Of a DNA stretch of 20,000 nt, positions 19,984 to 20,000 are shown piece by piece. A program made the position numbers and the translations under genes. The number at the start of each line of letters is the position of its first letter. Position 1 is the stretch's first letter. The stretch spans positions 15,494,766 to 15,514,765 of the forward strand of contig CM102286.1 of assembly GCA_046563655.1 (NCBI GenBank), read 5' to 3'. The stretch is from Yuukianura sp. NJ FZ-2021 (Eukaryota). The notes under the pieces were generated by a model. That model had not been told where the DNA came from. It did not search any database and worked only from the letters and a program-made list of their open reading frames with translations.

Positions 19984-20000
19984 TTTTGTCAATTTTTATC

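Noticed and set aside
19770..19985. Palindrome as a TIR MITE or pre-miRNA
   Set aside because: No TSD. Each arm ends in hairpin + CTAG|T, and the empty site defines a larger Helitron.

Overview
Eukaryotic, probably arthropod DNA (GT-AG intron of ~73-120 nt; TTAGG is the arthropod telomere unit; the taxon is inferred, not established). Most of the window is a tandem, minus-strand array of about 8 decayed copies or segments (A-H) of one two-exon gene. The reconstructed protein (~760 aa) has an acidic N-terminus with SIM-like motifs, a central LxxLxL leucine-rich-repeat-like region and a basic C-tail with psi-K-x-E motifs. No copy is intact. A plus-strand gene for a secreted His/Gly-rich, low-complexity protein (2331-3328, one frameshift) converges on copy B. 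Because the paralogs supply each other's empty sites, the insertions can be delimited exactly: a 355-bp hAT-type MITE (8-bp TSD, two independent insertions), a 344-bp TIR element with a 9-bp TSD, a ~657-bp TIR element, and a 457-bp non-autonomous Helitron carrying a nested, inverted 107-bp mini-Helitron that creates a 95-bp-arm palindrome. The most striking signal is that short TTAGG/CCTAA tracts occur repeatedly as copy-specific filler exactly at insertion, deletion and truncation junctions. This suggests frequent telomerase-like filling during double-strand-break repair, alongside templated-insertion scars.
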